In this document: positions 10,401 to 20,272 of the stretch, piece after piece
Layout: each line of letters starts with the position of its first letter
Numbering within the stretch: the first letter of the stretch is position 1
Origin: an uncultured Rikenellaceae bacterium
Lineage (GTDB): Bacteria; Bacteroidota; Bacteroidia; Bacteroidales; VadinHA17
Assembly: GCA_964595725.1 (NCBI GenBank)
Contig: CAZQRQ010000001.1
Coordinates: 10,221 to 74,220 of the forward strand
Direction: 5' to 3'
DNA: 64,000 nt
Notes under the pieces: model-generated
Told to the model about the DNA's origin: nothing
Databases searched by the model: none
The model's input: only the letters and a program-made list of their open reading frames with translations
Translations under genes and position numbers: made by a program

Positions 10401-11537
10401 TCAATTATTATCATCCATCATAAATTCTGAAATAATATTATCTGATATCATCTTTCCCTGGTTGGTAAGCTGCAGGTTATTCCCCTCCTGAATCATAAGT
10501 CCGTAATCCTTAAATCTTTGTGAGAGATTTACAATATAATCATATCCTTCTTTATCAAAGGTTCTTTCAATGTAATCAAGATTAATGCCCCACATAGTCC
10601 TGAGTGATGTCATTACATACTCATTGAATCTTGTTTTAATATTAAGCTCCTCCTTTTCAAAGAAGCTTCCTTCTTCCTTCACCTGGCTGATATAAATTTT
10701 TATATTCCGTACATTCCACTGTCGTGAATACTGGTTAAATGAATGCGCTGAAGGGCCAAGGCCGATGTAGCTTAACTGGCGCCAGTAATTTGCATTATGT
10801 TGCGAAAAATACTCTTTCTTTCCAAAATTTGATATCTCATAATGAATAAAGTCCATTTCCAATGCTTTTTCAACTAGCATATTAAACTGGTTAACACTTT
10901 CTTCTTCATCAATTTCCTCGAGGTTCCCTTCTTTTTTCCTTTTACCAAAAACAGTTCCGGGTTCAATTGTAAGATGATATGCTGAAAGATGTTTAATATC
11001 AAAACCGAAAGTAATATCAAGGTTTTTTTCCCAATCTGCAATGTTCATTCCCGGAATTCCATAAATCAGGTCCACTGAGATATTTGATATTCCTGTATTT
11101 AACAGCAACTCCAATGCTTTTTCTGCCTGCTTTGCATCATGTCTTCTGTTTAAAAATTTCAGATCCTCTTCACGCCACGACTGAATACCAAGGCTTATCC
11201 TGTTGAATCCTGCTTTTTTTATACCTTTTACATAATCTTCATTTACGTCGTCTGGATTAATTTCAATTGTTATTTCACATTTTTCATTTACCCTGAATAA
11301 TCGGCGTATCCCATTCAATATTTTTTCAAGATTTCTGCAGGAAAGAACCGAAGGGGTACCTCCTCCGATATATATTGTTGAAATCTCTTCCTCACCAAGG
11401 TAATCTCTCCGCATTTCTGCTTCCTTCATTACTGTCGTAACATACTCATCTGAGCTGCCTGTGTAAAATTCCTTGTAGAAATCACAGTAGAAGCAGATTT
11501 TCTTGCAAAACGGTATATGTATGTAAATTCCTGCCAT
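10401..11537 (-). CDS. hemW: Radical SAM heme chaperone HemW (coproporphyrinogen III oxidase-like)
   Basis: MAGIYIHIPFCKKICFYCDF CxxxCxxC radical-SAM motif, and GGGTPS. I placed the start at the ATG at 11537; the track uses a TTG at 11543. Confidence 0.88.
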   Translation of the reverse strand: MAGIYIHIPFCKKICFYCDFYKEFYTGSSDEYVTTVMKEAEMRRDYLGEEEISTIYIGGGTPSVLSCRNLEKILNGIRRLFRVNEKCEITIEINPDDVNEDYVKGIKKAGFNRISLGIQSWREEDLKFLNRRHDAKQAEKALELLLNTGISNISVDLIYGIPGMNIADWEKNLDITFGFDIKHLSAYHLTIEPGTVFGKRKKEGNLEEIDEEESVNQFNMLVEKALEMDFIHYEISNFGKKEYFSQHNANYWRQLSYIGLGPSAHSFNQYSRQWNVRNIKIYISQVKEEGSFFEKEELNIKTRFNEYVMTSLRTMWGINLDYIERTFDKEGYDYIVNLSQRFKDYGLMIQEGNNLQLTNQGKMISDNIISEFMMDDNN

Positions 11538-11594
11538 AACCAAACAACATTGTAAATTTATAAATAACCTTTCAGTTCAATTGCTATATTTGCG

Positions 11595-11987
11595 ATGTTT
11601 GAAATCATGATAAGGAAAAACGTCATTTCAATAATCATTGCAATTATTATACTGGTGCTCAGCCTGTCTGATTCTGATAAATTTGAAAGCATCAGTATTT
11701 CTCTTTTTCCTCATGCCGATAAAATAGTACATCTTTTAATGTATGGAACCCTTATGTTTTCTCTCCTTATAGGAAACCGCAAATGGCTATCTCTCAATGT
11801 TGTTAAATATGCTATCCTTTCATCGGTCGCATTTTCCTACGGTATTATTATTGAGTTACTTCAGAAATATCTTACAAACGACAGGTCGGGTGAATTATTA
11901 GATGTATTATTCAACCTTGCTGGTATTATTGTGGCTGTTCTGATCTGGCTACTGATAATAATGACCAGAAAATCATCTCTCAGATAG
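11595..11987 (+). CDS. VanZ-like membrane protein
   Basis: 130 aa, 4 TM. DKIVHLLMYGTL and the E...Q...R pattern are typical of the VanZ family. Confidence 0.55.
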   Translation: MFEIMIRKNVISIIIAIIILVLSLSDSDKFESISISLFPHADKIVHLLMYGTLMFSLLIGNRKWLSLNVVKYAILSSVAFSYGIIIELLQKYLTNDRSGELLDVLFNLAGIIVAVLIWLLIIMTRKSSLR

Positions 11988-12420
11988 CTATTTCATTATC
12001 CTTGTCAAGAGCCTTAACAAGGTTAGCAATATTATTACTGCTGAACAATTTAATAAGCTTAGTTCTTAATCCTGAGTATTGACCGTGTAGAGGACATGCC
12101 AGTTTATTTTCCTCCACACATTTACATGTTGAATTATGAAGCAGGCAGTTGTCAAAAAGATCCCTGCCGTCAATTGTGATAATAATATCCATTATTGATA
12201 TATCAGCCGGATTTTTTAAAAGAGAGAAGCCCCCGTGTGGTCCTTTTGTGGAACTGAGTATCTTTTGCTTGGCAAGAAGCTGAAGTATCTTCGCAAGAAA
12301 AGGTGTTGGTAAATTCAGATCTTCAGATATTTGCTTAATACCTATTTTTTCCTTCTTCTTTGACCTGCTTGCTATATAAGTAACCGCCCTGATGCCATAT
12401 TTACATGAACTGGATAACAT
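11980..12420 (-). CDS. Rrf2-family transcriptional regulator (probable Fe-S type)
   Basis: N-terminal wHTH CKYGIRAVTYIA, and the Cys cluster CLLHNSTCKCVEENKLACPLH. Confidence 0.82.
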   Translation of the reverse strand: MLSSSCKYGIRAVTYIASRSKKKEKIGIKQISEDLNLPTPFLAKILQLLAKQKILSSTKGPHGGFSLLKNPADISIMDIIITIDGRDLFDNCLLHNSTCKCVEENKLACPLHGQYSGLRTKLIKLFSSNNIANLVKALDKDNEIAI

Positions 12421-12421
12421 T

Positions 12422-12874
12422 TCAATAATTTTTTAAGGGTATTTTTTCAATTCTCTTCTCATGCCGGCCGAATTCAAATTCAGTCTGAATAAAAGTCTTA
12501 ACTATCAGAATTGCTTCTGGTTCAGTAATAAATCTTCCTGCCAGTGCGCATATATTTGCATCATTATGTGCCCTTGCCAGCCTTGCAATTTCTTCATTCC
12601 AGCAGAGAGCTCCGCGTATACCCTGATGCTTATTTATGGTCATATTTATACCATTACCAGTAGCACATATTGATATTCCAAGGTCAAAGTCACCCTTTGC
12701 AACCGCATCAGCCAGGGGATGTGCATAATCAGGATAATCCACACTTTCATCCGATGAACTGCCAAAATCCTTTATTTCATATTTTTCTTTCTTCAGATAC
12801 TCTATTATCTTACCTTTAATATAATATCCTGCATGATCTGAAGCTATTGCAATTTTTTTTGATTTTGTGGTCAT
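12422..12874 (-). CDS. rpiB: Ribose-5-phosphate isomerase B
   Basis: IAIASDHAGY...CATGNGINMTINKHQGIRGALC...ARAHNDANICALAGR matches the RpiB/LacAB signature. Confidence 0.9.
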   Translation of the reverse strand: MTTKSKKIAIASDHAGYYIKGKIIEYLKKEKYEIKDFGSSSDESVDYPDYAHPLADAVAKGDFDLGISICATGNGINMTINKHQGIRGALCWNEEIARLARAHNDANICALAGRFITEPEAILIVKTFIQTEFEFGRHEKRIEKIPLKNY

Positions 12875-13186
12875 TATCCTTCTTAAATTATCCTTGTTTA
12901 ATACTACAAATTAACAAATAATAATATAAAAAGAAAAAGATATATTTATATCCTATTATTTTCTGTAATGTAGAAATTAAGGCGGTGTTAAATATAATAT
13001 TGTGTTGATAAGATGTAAATAAATATGATTTTTTCAAAAGAAAATTGCTTATAAACCTTTTTCCGAGTCATTAAATTTTGTCTTTTTCTTTCATGGATGT
13101 TTTTTTCAGAAATTAATCTTTCCTTATAAACCATCAATGAACATCAAATCTTTTACTTTTGTTACATATTTTATCATTGCAGCAAT

Positions 13187-13204
13187 AATTAACAATTGTT
13201 AATT
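13187..13204. promoter_or_regulatory. 18-bp perfect palindrome AATTAACAATTGTTAATT (candidate operator) in the rpiB/nadA divergent region
   Basis: Perfect dyad read directly from the sequence. The half-site core TTGTTAAT recurs at 13249-13256 and 13379-13386, the last copy 24 nt upstream of the nadA ATG. Confidence 0.4.
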
Positions 13205-13409
13205 ACTGTATTAAATGACTGATATTCAAAAATGGTATATTTTTTGAATTGTTAATAAGTTGTTTCGTTGATATTAATACTGAAATAAGCAAGTATACTC
13301 TAATTTAAATTTCAACACTATTAACAGGATATAATATTCTTCATAATATATATTAATTTATTTTTTAAATAATATTTGTTGTTAATAAGAAAAAAAGATC
13401 ACGGGTGGA

Positions 13410-14357
13410 ATGAGTAATAAGATTCAATATATTGATAAGATTGAAAAATTAAAAAAGGAAAAAAATGCAATAATTCTTGCTCATTTTTATCAAACTTCGG
13501 ATATTCAGGATATCGCAGATTATGTTGGTGATAGTCTTGGACTGGCAAAGAAAGCTTCATCAAATAATGCAGATATTATTGTTTTCGCCGGCGTTGTCTT
13601 TATGGCTGAAACAGCTAAAATACTTGCTCCTGAAAAAAAAGTTCTTATACCTGACATGGCTGCAGGGTGCTCGTTAGCAGATTCATGTAGACCTGAGGAT
13701 TTCAGGGATTTTATAAATGCAAATCCTGGAAGAACAGTAGTCACCTATGTTAATACATCGGCTGAGATAAAAGCAATGTCTGATATAATTTGTACATCTT
13801 CTAATGCAGTTAAGATTATAGAATCTTTGGCACCTGATGAGAAAATAATATTTGCACCGGATAGAAATCTGGGGAATTTTATACTAAACAAGACGAACAG
13901 GGATATGATAATATGGAATGGTACCTGTCATGTCCATGAAGAATTTTCACTGGAAGCAATAATCAAATTGAAAGAAAAATACAAAGATGCAAAGGTTATA
14001 GTTCATCCGGAATGTGAATTGCCTGTAAGAATGGTTTCAGATTTTATAGGATCAACATCTTCACTTCTTGCATTTACAAGAAAAGATAAGAGTAAAACTT
14101 ATATTGTAGGGACTGAACCGGGCATAATTCATCAGATGAGAAAAATAAGCCCTGAAAAAGAGTTCATACCTGTTCCACCACGCGATTCAACATGTGCTTG
14201 CAGTGAATGTAATTTTATGAAGCTTATTACAGTTAAAAAGATATACGATACTCTGGTTAGTGAATCACCACAAATTATTCTTGACAGGGAAGTAATAAGA
14301 AAAGCCGGTAAACCTATAAGACGTATGATGGAAATATCTGAAAATCTGGACTTATGA
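13410..14357 (+). CDS. nadA: Quinolinate synthase
   Basis: 315 aa. ILAHFYQ...DIADYVGDSL...FAGVVFMAETAKIL...VTYVNTSAE...CTSSNAV...HPEC matches NadA. Confidence 0.92.
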   Translation: MSNKIQYIDKIEKLKKEKNAIILAHFYQTSDIQDIADYVGDSLGLAKKASSNNADIIVFAGVVFMAETAKILAPEKKVLIPDMAAGCSLADSCRPEDFRDFINANPGRTVVTYVNTSAEIKAMSDIICTSSNAVKIIESLAPDEKIIFAPDRNLGNFILNKTNRDMIIWNGTCHVHEEFSLEAIIKLKEKYKDAKVIVHPECELPVRMVSDFIGSTSSLLAFTRKDKSKTYIVGTEPGIIHQMRKISPEKEFIPVPPRDSTCACSECNFMKLITVKKIYDTLVSESPQIILDREVIRKAGKPIRRMMEISENLDL

Positions 14358-15910
14358 TAAAAAGAATACTTTTCATACTGGTATTGATAATATTTAGACA
14401 GAGTATCTTTTCGCAGGCAATAGAGGAGTTGTCAGACGGATATCATATTTTTAAGTACCCTAATGGATCTATTTCAAGTGAAGGAATAATAAGGAACGGA
14501 AAACCTGATGGATTCTGGAAAAGTTATTATGTAACAGGTGTTAAGAAATCGGAAGGGAAAAGAACCAATTATCTTCTTGACAGTATCTGGATTTTTTACG
14601 ACCAGGCCGGGGATACATCTGAAATTATTAATTACCTGTATGGGAAAAAAAATGGGTATTATTATAAATACAGGAAAGATCCTTCGGCCGGCCTATACAT
14701 ATATTCAAGGGAGCTTTTTGCGGGAGACAGGAAAGAAGGAACAGCCTATATATATTTTCCGGATGGAAAGGTTAAGCAGATAATTCCTTATAATGAAGGA
14801 AAAAAAAGCGGCCTTTCAAAGGAATTTGATGAAAACGGTACAGTAATTTCGCTTTTGGAATACAGCAATGATTTTCTGGTAAGCAGGGAAAAAATAAACA
14901 GGGTTGATAATGAGGGATTAAGACAGGGTGATTGGAAAGACTTTTATCCAAACGGGAATGTAAAAGTTGAAAAAACCTACAGGGATGATATGCTGCATGG
15001 ATATTATAAAGAATACGATATAAAAGGAAATCTTACTCTTACTATGCTATACGATAACGGTGCTATTGTAAAATCAAATGTGGAGGATCAACCAGACATA
15101 GAAATAGTTAACCGATATGATCAGCAGAACAGGCTTATATACAGCGGACCATTCAGAAACCAGATCCCGGTAGGTATTCATCGTGAATTCGGGACCGATG
15201 GAAAAGTGACAAATGCAAAAATATATAATGATAACGGTTTGTTACTGTCTGAAGGAATCGTTGATGAATCAGGCAATTATAACGGGACATGGAAAGATTA
15301 TTATCCTTCAGGAAAGGTCAGTGCAGAAGGCCAGTATACTGATAGCCGCCGAACAGGGCAGTGGAAATTTTATGACGAAAACTCAAGGGTTGAACAAACC
15401 GGATCGTATAATAACGGAAGACCTGATGGAATATGGAAATGGTATTATGATACCGGAGCTTTGTTAAGGGAAGAAGAATATTTCCAGGGTCGAAGGGACG
15501 GATCCTATACTGAATATTCCAGGAATGGTGATATCATAGCCCAGGGAATGTATTCGGACGGTGAAAGAAACGGGGAGTGGAGATATAGTTCGGGTGATAA
15601 TACCGAGGAAGGAAAATATATTATTGGACTGAGGGACGGCACCTGGAAATCGTATTATCCAAACGGTAAATTACGGTTTAAAGGCAATTATATTCAGGGA
15701 AACCCAGAAGGAAGCCACTATTATTATTATGAGAATGGAAGGGTAAAGGAAGAAAGACATTACAATTCGGGAATAAGAGATAAGACATGGAAAAAATATG
15801 ATGAGGAAGGAAACCTGGTCATGACAATTGTTTACAGGAATGACGTGGAATACAGCATAAACGGAGTTAAAATAAATCTGCCCGAGAGCGATGTGAAGCT
15901 TATAAAATAG
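14354..15910 (+). CDS. MORN-repeat (YwqK-like) secreted protein
   Basis: Signal peptide followed by many repeats of YPNGxxxxEGxYxxGxxxGxWKxYY. The start ATG overlaps the nadA stop (ATGA). Confidence 0.75.
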   Translation: MIKRILFILVLIIFRQSIFSQAIEELSDGYHIFKYPNGSISSEGIIRNGKPDGFWKSYYVTGVKKSEGKRTNYLLDSIWIFYDQAGDTSEIINYLYGKKNGYYYKYRKDPSAGLYIYSRELFAGDRKEGTAYIYFPDGKVKQIIPYNEGKKSGLSKEFDENGTVISLLEYSNDFLVSREKINRVDNEGLRQGDWKDFYPNGNVKVEKTYRDDMLHGYYKEYDIKGNLTLTMLYDNGAIVKSNVEDQPDIEIVNRYDQQNRLIYSGPFRNQIPVGIHREFGTDGKVTNAKIYNDNGLLLSEGIVDESGNYNGTWKDYYPSGKVSAEGQYTDSRRTGQWKFYDENSRVEQTGSYNNGRPDGIWKWYYDTGALLREEEYFQGRRDGSYTEYSRNGDIIAQGMYSDGERNGEWRYSSGDNTEEGKYIIGLRDGTWKSYYPNGKLRFKGNYIQGNPEGSHYYYYENGRVKEERHYNSGIRDKTWKKYDEEGNLVMTIVYRNDVEYSINGVKINLPESDVKLIK

Positions 15911-15922
15911 TTATCTTGCTGT

Positions 15923-16951
15923 ATGGATGAAAACTTCAACATCAGGAAAGAAGGTCTTTCTTTAACCGACAAGGAATTTGAGAAACAACTGCGCCCCCTG
16001 ACATTTGATGATTTTAAGGGACAAAAACAAATAATTGAAAATCTTTCTGTTTTTGTTACTGCTGCCAGGCAGAGAAATGAATCACTCGATCATGTATTAC
16101 TTCATGGTCCTCCGGGACTTGGAAAAACAACCCTGGCTACAATAATTGCAAACGAACTCAATGTCGGGCTCAAAGTTACATCCGGACCTGTACTTGACAA
16201 GCCAGGAGACCTGGCAGGGCTTCTGACTAACCTGGAGACAGGAGATGTGCTTTTTATCGATGAAATACACAGGCTTAGCCCTGTAGTGGAGGAATACCTT
16301 TATGCTGCCATGGAAGATTATCAAATAGATATTATGATAGATAAAGGTCCGAGTGCCAGGTCTGTTCAACTATCACTTAATAACTTTACACTGATAGGTG
16401 CCACTACAAGATCTGGTTTGCTTACAAGCCCTTTGCGTGCACGGTTCGGGATAAAATTCCACCTGGAATACTATGATAATGAAATTCTTAAAGGAATAGT
16501 TAAAAGATCAGCAGGAATTCTTAAAATTAATATCCATGAAGATGCAGCGAAAGAGATAGCTTCCAGAAGCAGGGGAACACCAAGGATTGCTAATGCATTA
16601 TTACGCAGGATAAGGGATTTTGCGCAGGTCAGAGGAACAGGTGTTATCGATCTTGATATTACAAAATATGGACTTAAGGCTCTGAATATTGATGAGTATG
16701 GTCTCGACGAAATGGATAATAAGATCCTTTCAGTAATAATAGACAAATTTAAGGGAGGACCCGTGGGTCTGAATACTGTTTCAACAGCTGTAGGAGAAGA
16801 CAGCGGGACAATAGAGGAGGTTTATGAACCCTTTCTTATTAAGGAAGGTTTTATAAAGAGAACGCCCCGGGGACGTGAAGCAACAGAGCTGGCTTACAGG
16901 CACCTTGGAAAAATTATTGGGATGGATAAGAATGGGACGCTTTTTTACTAG
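15923..16951 (+). CDS. ruvB: Holliday junction branch migration helicase RuvB
   Basis: Walker [10 protein letters not shown], Walker [10 protein letters not shown], and [13 protein letters not shown]. Confidence 0.95.
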   Translation: MDENFNIRKEGLSLTDKEFEKQLRPLTFDDFKGQKQIIENLSVFVTAARQRNESLDHVLLHGPPGLGKTTLATIIANELNVGLKVTSGPVLDKPGDLAGLLTNLETGDVLFIDEIHRLSPVVEEYLYAAMEDYQIDIMIDKGPSARSVQLSLNNFTLIGATTRSGLLTSPLRARFGIKFHLEYYDNEILKGIVKRSAGILKINIHEDAAKEIASRSRGTPRIANALLRRIRDFAQVRGTGVIDLDITKYGLKALNIDEYGLDEMDNKILSVIIDKFKGGPVGLNTVSTAVGEDSGTIEEVYEPFLIKEGFIKRTPRGREATELAYRHLGKIIGMDKNGTLFY

Positions 16952-16974
16952 CAATTCACACAAACGCCTGGTAT

Positions 16975-17685
16975 TCATTCGAATACATTACTAATTTTTT
17001 CCAGTCCCCGGGTATTAAGAATTTTTATTTTTCTTCCGGTCAGCTCAACAAGCTTGTCGGCCTTGAATTCAGAGAGTAATCTTATAACGCTTTCAGTTGC
17101 AGTTCCGACAATATTGGCCAGCTCTTCGCGAGTAAGAGATATTTTAAGATATTTCTGGTCGTCCAGACCAAAGTCCTCAACTAGCTTGAGAAGAACTTCC
17201 GCAAGCCTTTCCCTTACTGTCTTCTGGGCGATGTCGGTAATATATGAATTAGCTTCCCCGAGCTCATTGCATGTAAGCTTCATTAGTTCCAGGGAAAACC
17301 CGGGATTTTGCTTTATAAGGGTTATCAGGATTTCTGATGGTATAAAACATACCCTGCTGTCTTCAACAGCTTTAGCAGTTGTACACGCCGGTTCACTGCT
17401 AAGTATGCTCCTGTAGGCAATAATATCCCCGGGTTTGGCAAAGCGTATGATTTGTTCCTTACCGTCAAGCCCGGTTTTATATACTTTTATAATTCCGCTG
17501 TTAATGCAATAAAATCCGCTAATCCTGTTTCCTTCATGGTAAAGAATATCCCCTTTCTTATGATGGCGAAAATCTTTTTCAAAATTCAGCTTTTCCGCTT
17601 CATCACGAGTAAGATGTTTAAAAATAGAACTATTATCAAGCGCACATTTTTCACAAAGCGGAACGTAAAAATCATGCTGTTTCAT
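16975..17685 (-). CDS. Crp/Fnr-family transcriptional regulator
   Basis: cNMP-binding-like beta-roll in the N-terminal half and a C-terminal HTH (LTREELANIVGTATESVIRLLSEF). Confidence 0.85.
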   Translation of the reverse strand: MKQHDFYVPLCEKCALDNSSIFKHLTRDEAEKLNFEKDFRHHKKGDILYHEGNRISGFYCINSGIIKVYKTGLDGKEQIIRFAKPGDIIAYRSILSSEPACTTAKAVEDSRVCFIPSEILITLIKQNPGFSLELMKLTCNELGEANSYITDIAQKTVRERLAEVLLKLVEDFGLDDQKYLKISLTREELANIVGTATESVIRLLSEFKADKLVELTGRKIKILNTRGLEKISNVFE

Positions 17686-17776
17686 AATTGCAAATCAATT
17701 TCACTACAAAGATTGAAAATACGATCGATATATTTATTTACTTTGGCAAGAATATTCTAAAAAAGGTATAAATAGC

Positions 17777-18193
17777 ATGAAAGATTCAGTTATTTTACAA
17801 CATCGCGGCAATCTCTCATTTGAAGTTACTGTTAACGGACATAAGATGATGATAGATTCATCAGTTGCATTTGGCGGTACCGACAAAGGTCCCCGTCCCA
17901 AAAGCCTTATGCTTGTTGCTCTGGCAGGATGTACTGCTATGGATCTGGCAAGCATACTTACAAAAATGCGTGTTAAATTTGATGATATACAGGTGAAGGT
18001 CGATGGAAATATTACTGATGAGCATCCCAAACATTTCGATCACATGAATATAATATATATTGTGAAAGGGAAGGAAATTCCAAGAGATAAAGTTGAAATG
18101 GCTATTTCTCTTTCACAGGAAAAGTACTGCGGGGTTAGCTACACATATAGACAGGCCATGAAGCTTACTTACGAACTTGTTATCGAGGAATGA
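17777..18193 (+). CDS. OsmC-family peroxiredoxin-like protein
   Basis: 138 aa. GPRPKSLMLVALAGCTAMD and EKYCGV carry the two conserved OsmC Cys contexts. Confidence 0.8.
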   Translation: MKDSVILQHRGNLSFEVTVNGHKMMIDSSVAFGGTDKGPRPKSLMLVALAGCTAMDLASILTKMRVKFDDIQVKVDGNITDEHPKHFDHMNIIYIVKGKEIPRDKVEMAISLSQEKYCGVSYTYRQAMKLTYELVIEE

Positions 18194-18243
18194 ATTATTG
18201 CCGGAATATTAAAACAAGCCCGGATAGAGGATTAATTTAATAA

Positions 18244-19284
18244 TTATATGGAGCTTCTGAATTGTTCCAGGAACCTTATATCATTTTCAAAGTAAAGCCT
18301 CAGGTCATTTATCTGGTATTTTAGCATAGCCACCCGTTCAATACCCATTCCAAAGGCAAAACCTGTATATTTCTGGCTGTCAATATTGCAATTTTCAAGT
18401 ACGTTTGGATGAACCATGCCACAGCCCAAAACTTCCAGCCACCCGGTATATTTACACACATTACAGCCCTTTCCTGAACATATCTTGCAGCTTACATCCA
18501 TCTCGGCCGAAGGTTCGGTAAATGGAAAATATGAGGGCCTGAGCCTGATCTCGGTTTCTTTTCCAAACATCTCACGGGCAAAAAATACAAGAGTCTGCTT
18601 CAGGTCTACAAATGAAACATCAGTATCAATATATAATCCTTCAACCTGGTGAAAGATACAGTGAGCCCGGGCAGAGATGGCCTCATTTCGGAAAACTCTT
18701 CCCGGAGATATAGTCCTTAAAGGTGGTTTTTCTTTCTGCATGACTCTTACCTGTACAGAAGAGGTATGAGTTCTTAAAAGGATATCATCAGGAAATGAAT
18801 CCTCGTCTGAAATACGCGAAATATAAAAAGTATCCTGCATATCCCTGGCGGGATGTTCCGGTGCGAAATTGAGTTTCGTGAATACATGATCATCATCCTC
18901 TATTTCGGGTCCTTCAGAGACAGTGAAACCTATACGGTTAAATATGCTGATGATTTCATTCCTTACTATTGAAATAGGATGCCTTGAACCTGTAAATCCT
19001 GAGTAAGCCGGTCTTGTAAGATCATCAGTTTCTGATGAATCATCAACGATAACAAGGGTGTCTTTAAGCAGGTTGAACTTCTCCTGTGCCTCCTGCTTAA
19101 GCTTGTTCAGGCCTGAACCAACTTCCTTCTTAAGCATGGGCGGTACTGTCCGGAATTCGTCAAAAAGAGTAGCTATTATACCTTTTTTGCTGAGATATTT
19201 AAGCCTGAATTTTTCAAGATCATCCGGGTTCTGAACAACGGACGACCTTATTTCTTCCTTTATTTTTTCAATTTTATCAAGCAT
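18244..19284 (-). CDS. pheS: Phenylalanine--tRNA ligase alpha subunit
   Basis: HPARDMQDTFY, LLRTHTSSVQ, FRNEA and PYFPFTEPSAE class II aaRS motifs. Confidence 0.95.
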   Translation of the reverse strand: MLDKIEKIKEEIRSSVVQNPDDLEKFRLKYLSKKGIIATLFDEFRTVPPMLKKEVGSGLNKLKQEAQEKFNLLKDTLVIVDDSSETDDLTRPAYSGFTGSRHPISIVRNEIISIFNRIGFTVSEGPEIEDDDHVFTKLNFAPEHPARDMQDTFYISRISDEDSFPDDILLRTHTSSVQVRVMQKEKPPLRTISPGRVFRNEAISARAHCIFHQVEGLYIDTDVSFVDLKQTLVFFAREMFGKETEIRLRPSYFPFTEPSAEMDVSCKICSGKGCNVCKYTGWLEVLGCGMVHPNVLENCNIDSQKYTGFAFGMGIERVAMLKYQINDLRLYFENDIRFLEQFRSSI

Positions 19285-19309
19285 TTAAAGTAGTTATAAT
19301 GACATAAAC

Positions 19310-20119
19310 TTATTTCTTAACAATTTTCATACTGAGAATTATGATATCCTCAATGGGTTTATCGCCTGGGTCAGTGTCTACGGAAGCTATCTTATCAACA
19401 ATATCCAGGCCTTCGACAACTTCACCGAATACTGTATAGGTCATATCGAGCCTTGGTACCCCGCCCAGCGTCCGGTATATATTGCGCTGTTCTTCTGTTA
19501 GTTTATAATCAGGGGTTTCCTCAATAACATCGTATAATCTTAACGAAGCCCTTTCCTGTATATCACTGTCGGTAAGATTTAGATTGAATTTCCTGTTACT
19601 GTCAGCAATTTCTTTGACCAGCATAATGAATTGAGCTTGCTTACGGCTGCTATTGATTTTTTGTTCTGCTAAGTCCAGCTCTTCGTCAGTAAACTTTGTT
19701 CCCTGAACAATATAAAACTGAGTTCCCGATGATCTCATTTCAGGATTAACATCATTACCGGTCCTGGCCGCAGCAACGGCTCCCTTTTTGTGATACAGGG
19801 ATGGATTGAATTCAGAAGGTATTGTGTAATTGGCAAGAGTATCATTTAGGGGATCCCCCTGCCTGGTTGCCATATCGCCTGCCTGTATCATAAAATCTTT
19901 TATAACCCTGTGAAAAAGAATCCCGTCATAGTAATGAGATTTAACAAGCTTAATGAAATTATCACGATGAATGGGTGTTTCATCATACAATTTTATTTTA
20001 ATATCACCGGCTGAAGTATTTATCATTACAAATACATTTTTAACGGGATGGGAATTACCGCATCCTGTATAGAAAAGAGCAGATATAAGCAATATGTAGA
20101 AAAGACGAAATCTGTTCAT
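19310..20119 (-). CDS. Cyclophilin-type peptidyl-prolyl isomerase lipoprotein
   Basis: MNRFRLFYILLISALFYTGC lipobox at the internal ATG at 20119. FHRVIKDFMIQAGD cyclophilin motif. The track ORF (to 20395) is a spurious 92-codon N-terminal extension that overlaps the next gene. Confidence 0.85.
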   Translation of the reverse strand: MNRFRLFYILLISALFYTGCGNSHPVKNVFVMINTSAGDIKIKLYDETPIHRDNFIKLVKSHYYDGILFHRVIKDFMIQAGDMATRQGDPLNDTLANYTIPSEFNPSLYHKKGAVAAARTGNDVNPEMRSSGTQFYIVQGTKFTDEELDLAEQKINSSRKQAQFIMLVKEIADSNRKFNLNLTDSDIQERASLRLYDVIEETPDYKLTEEQRNIYRTLGGVPRLDMTYTVFGEVVEGLDIVDKIASVDTDPGDKPIEDIIILSMKIVKK

Positions 20120-20272
20120 GAAAAAGAGAATTAGTTGATAACGTTCTGTTATTACGACGACAAAGATATTTAACTTTGCCCGATACTCGAAAATAAACAG
20201 GTTCAAATTGTGTTTATTAAGAGTTACTTTTGCCGCTTTGGAAAAACATAGAGAAAAAATTGAGCGATTCTG

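Noticed and set aside
13137-13202. 21-codon hydrophobic micro-ORF (MNIKSFTFVTYFIIAAIINNC) ending inside the 18-bp palindrome.
   Set aside because: In DNA this AT-rich, short ORFs rich in I/F/N/K arise by chance. There is no supporting conservation or coupling evidence. It would be worth a look only if ribosome profiling or conservation supports it.
12875-13409. The AT-rich 535-bp region considered as oriC (close to parS sites and mnmG).
   Set aside because: No cluster of DnaA boxes. The best match is a single 1-mismatch box, TGTTGATAA, at 13003-13011. The other TTATCC-containing strings have 2-3 mismatches. Divergent promoters and operators explain the region better. A whole-genome GC-skew analysis would be needed to revisit this.
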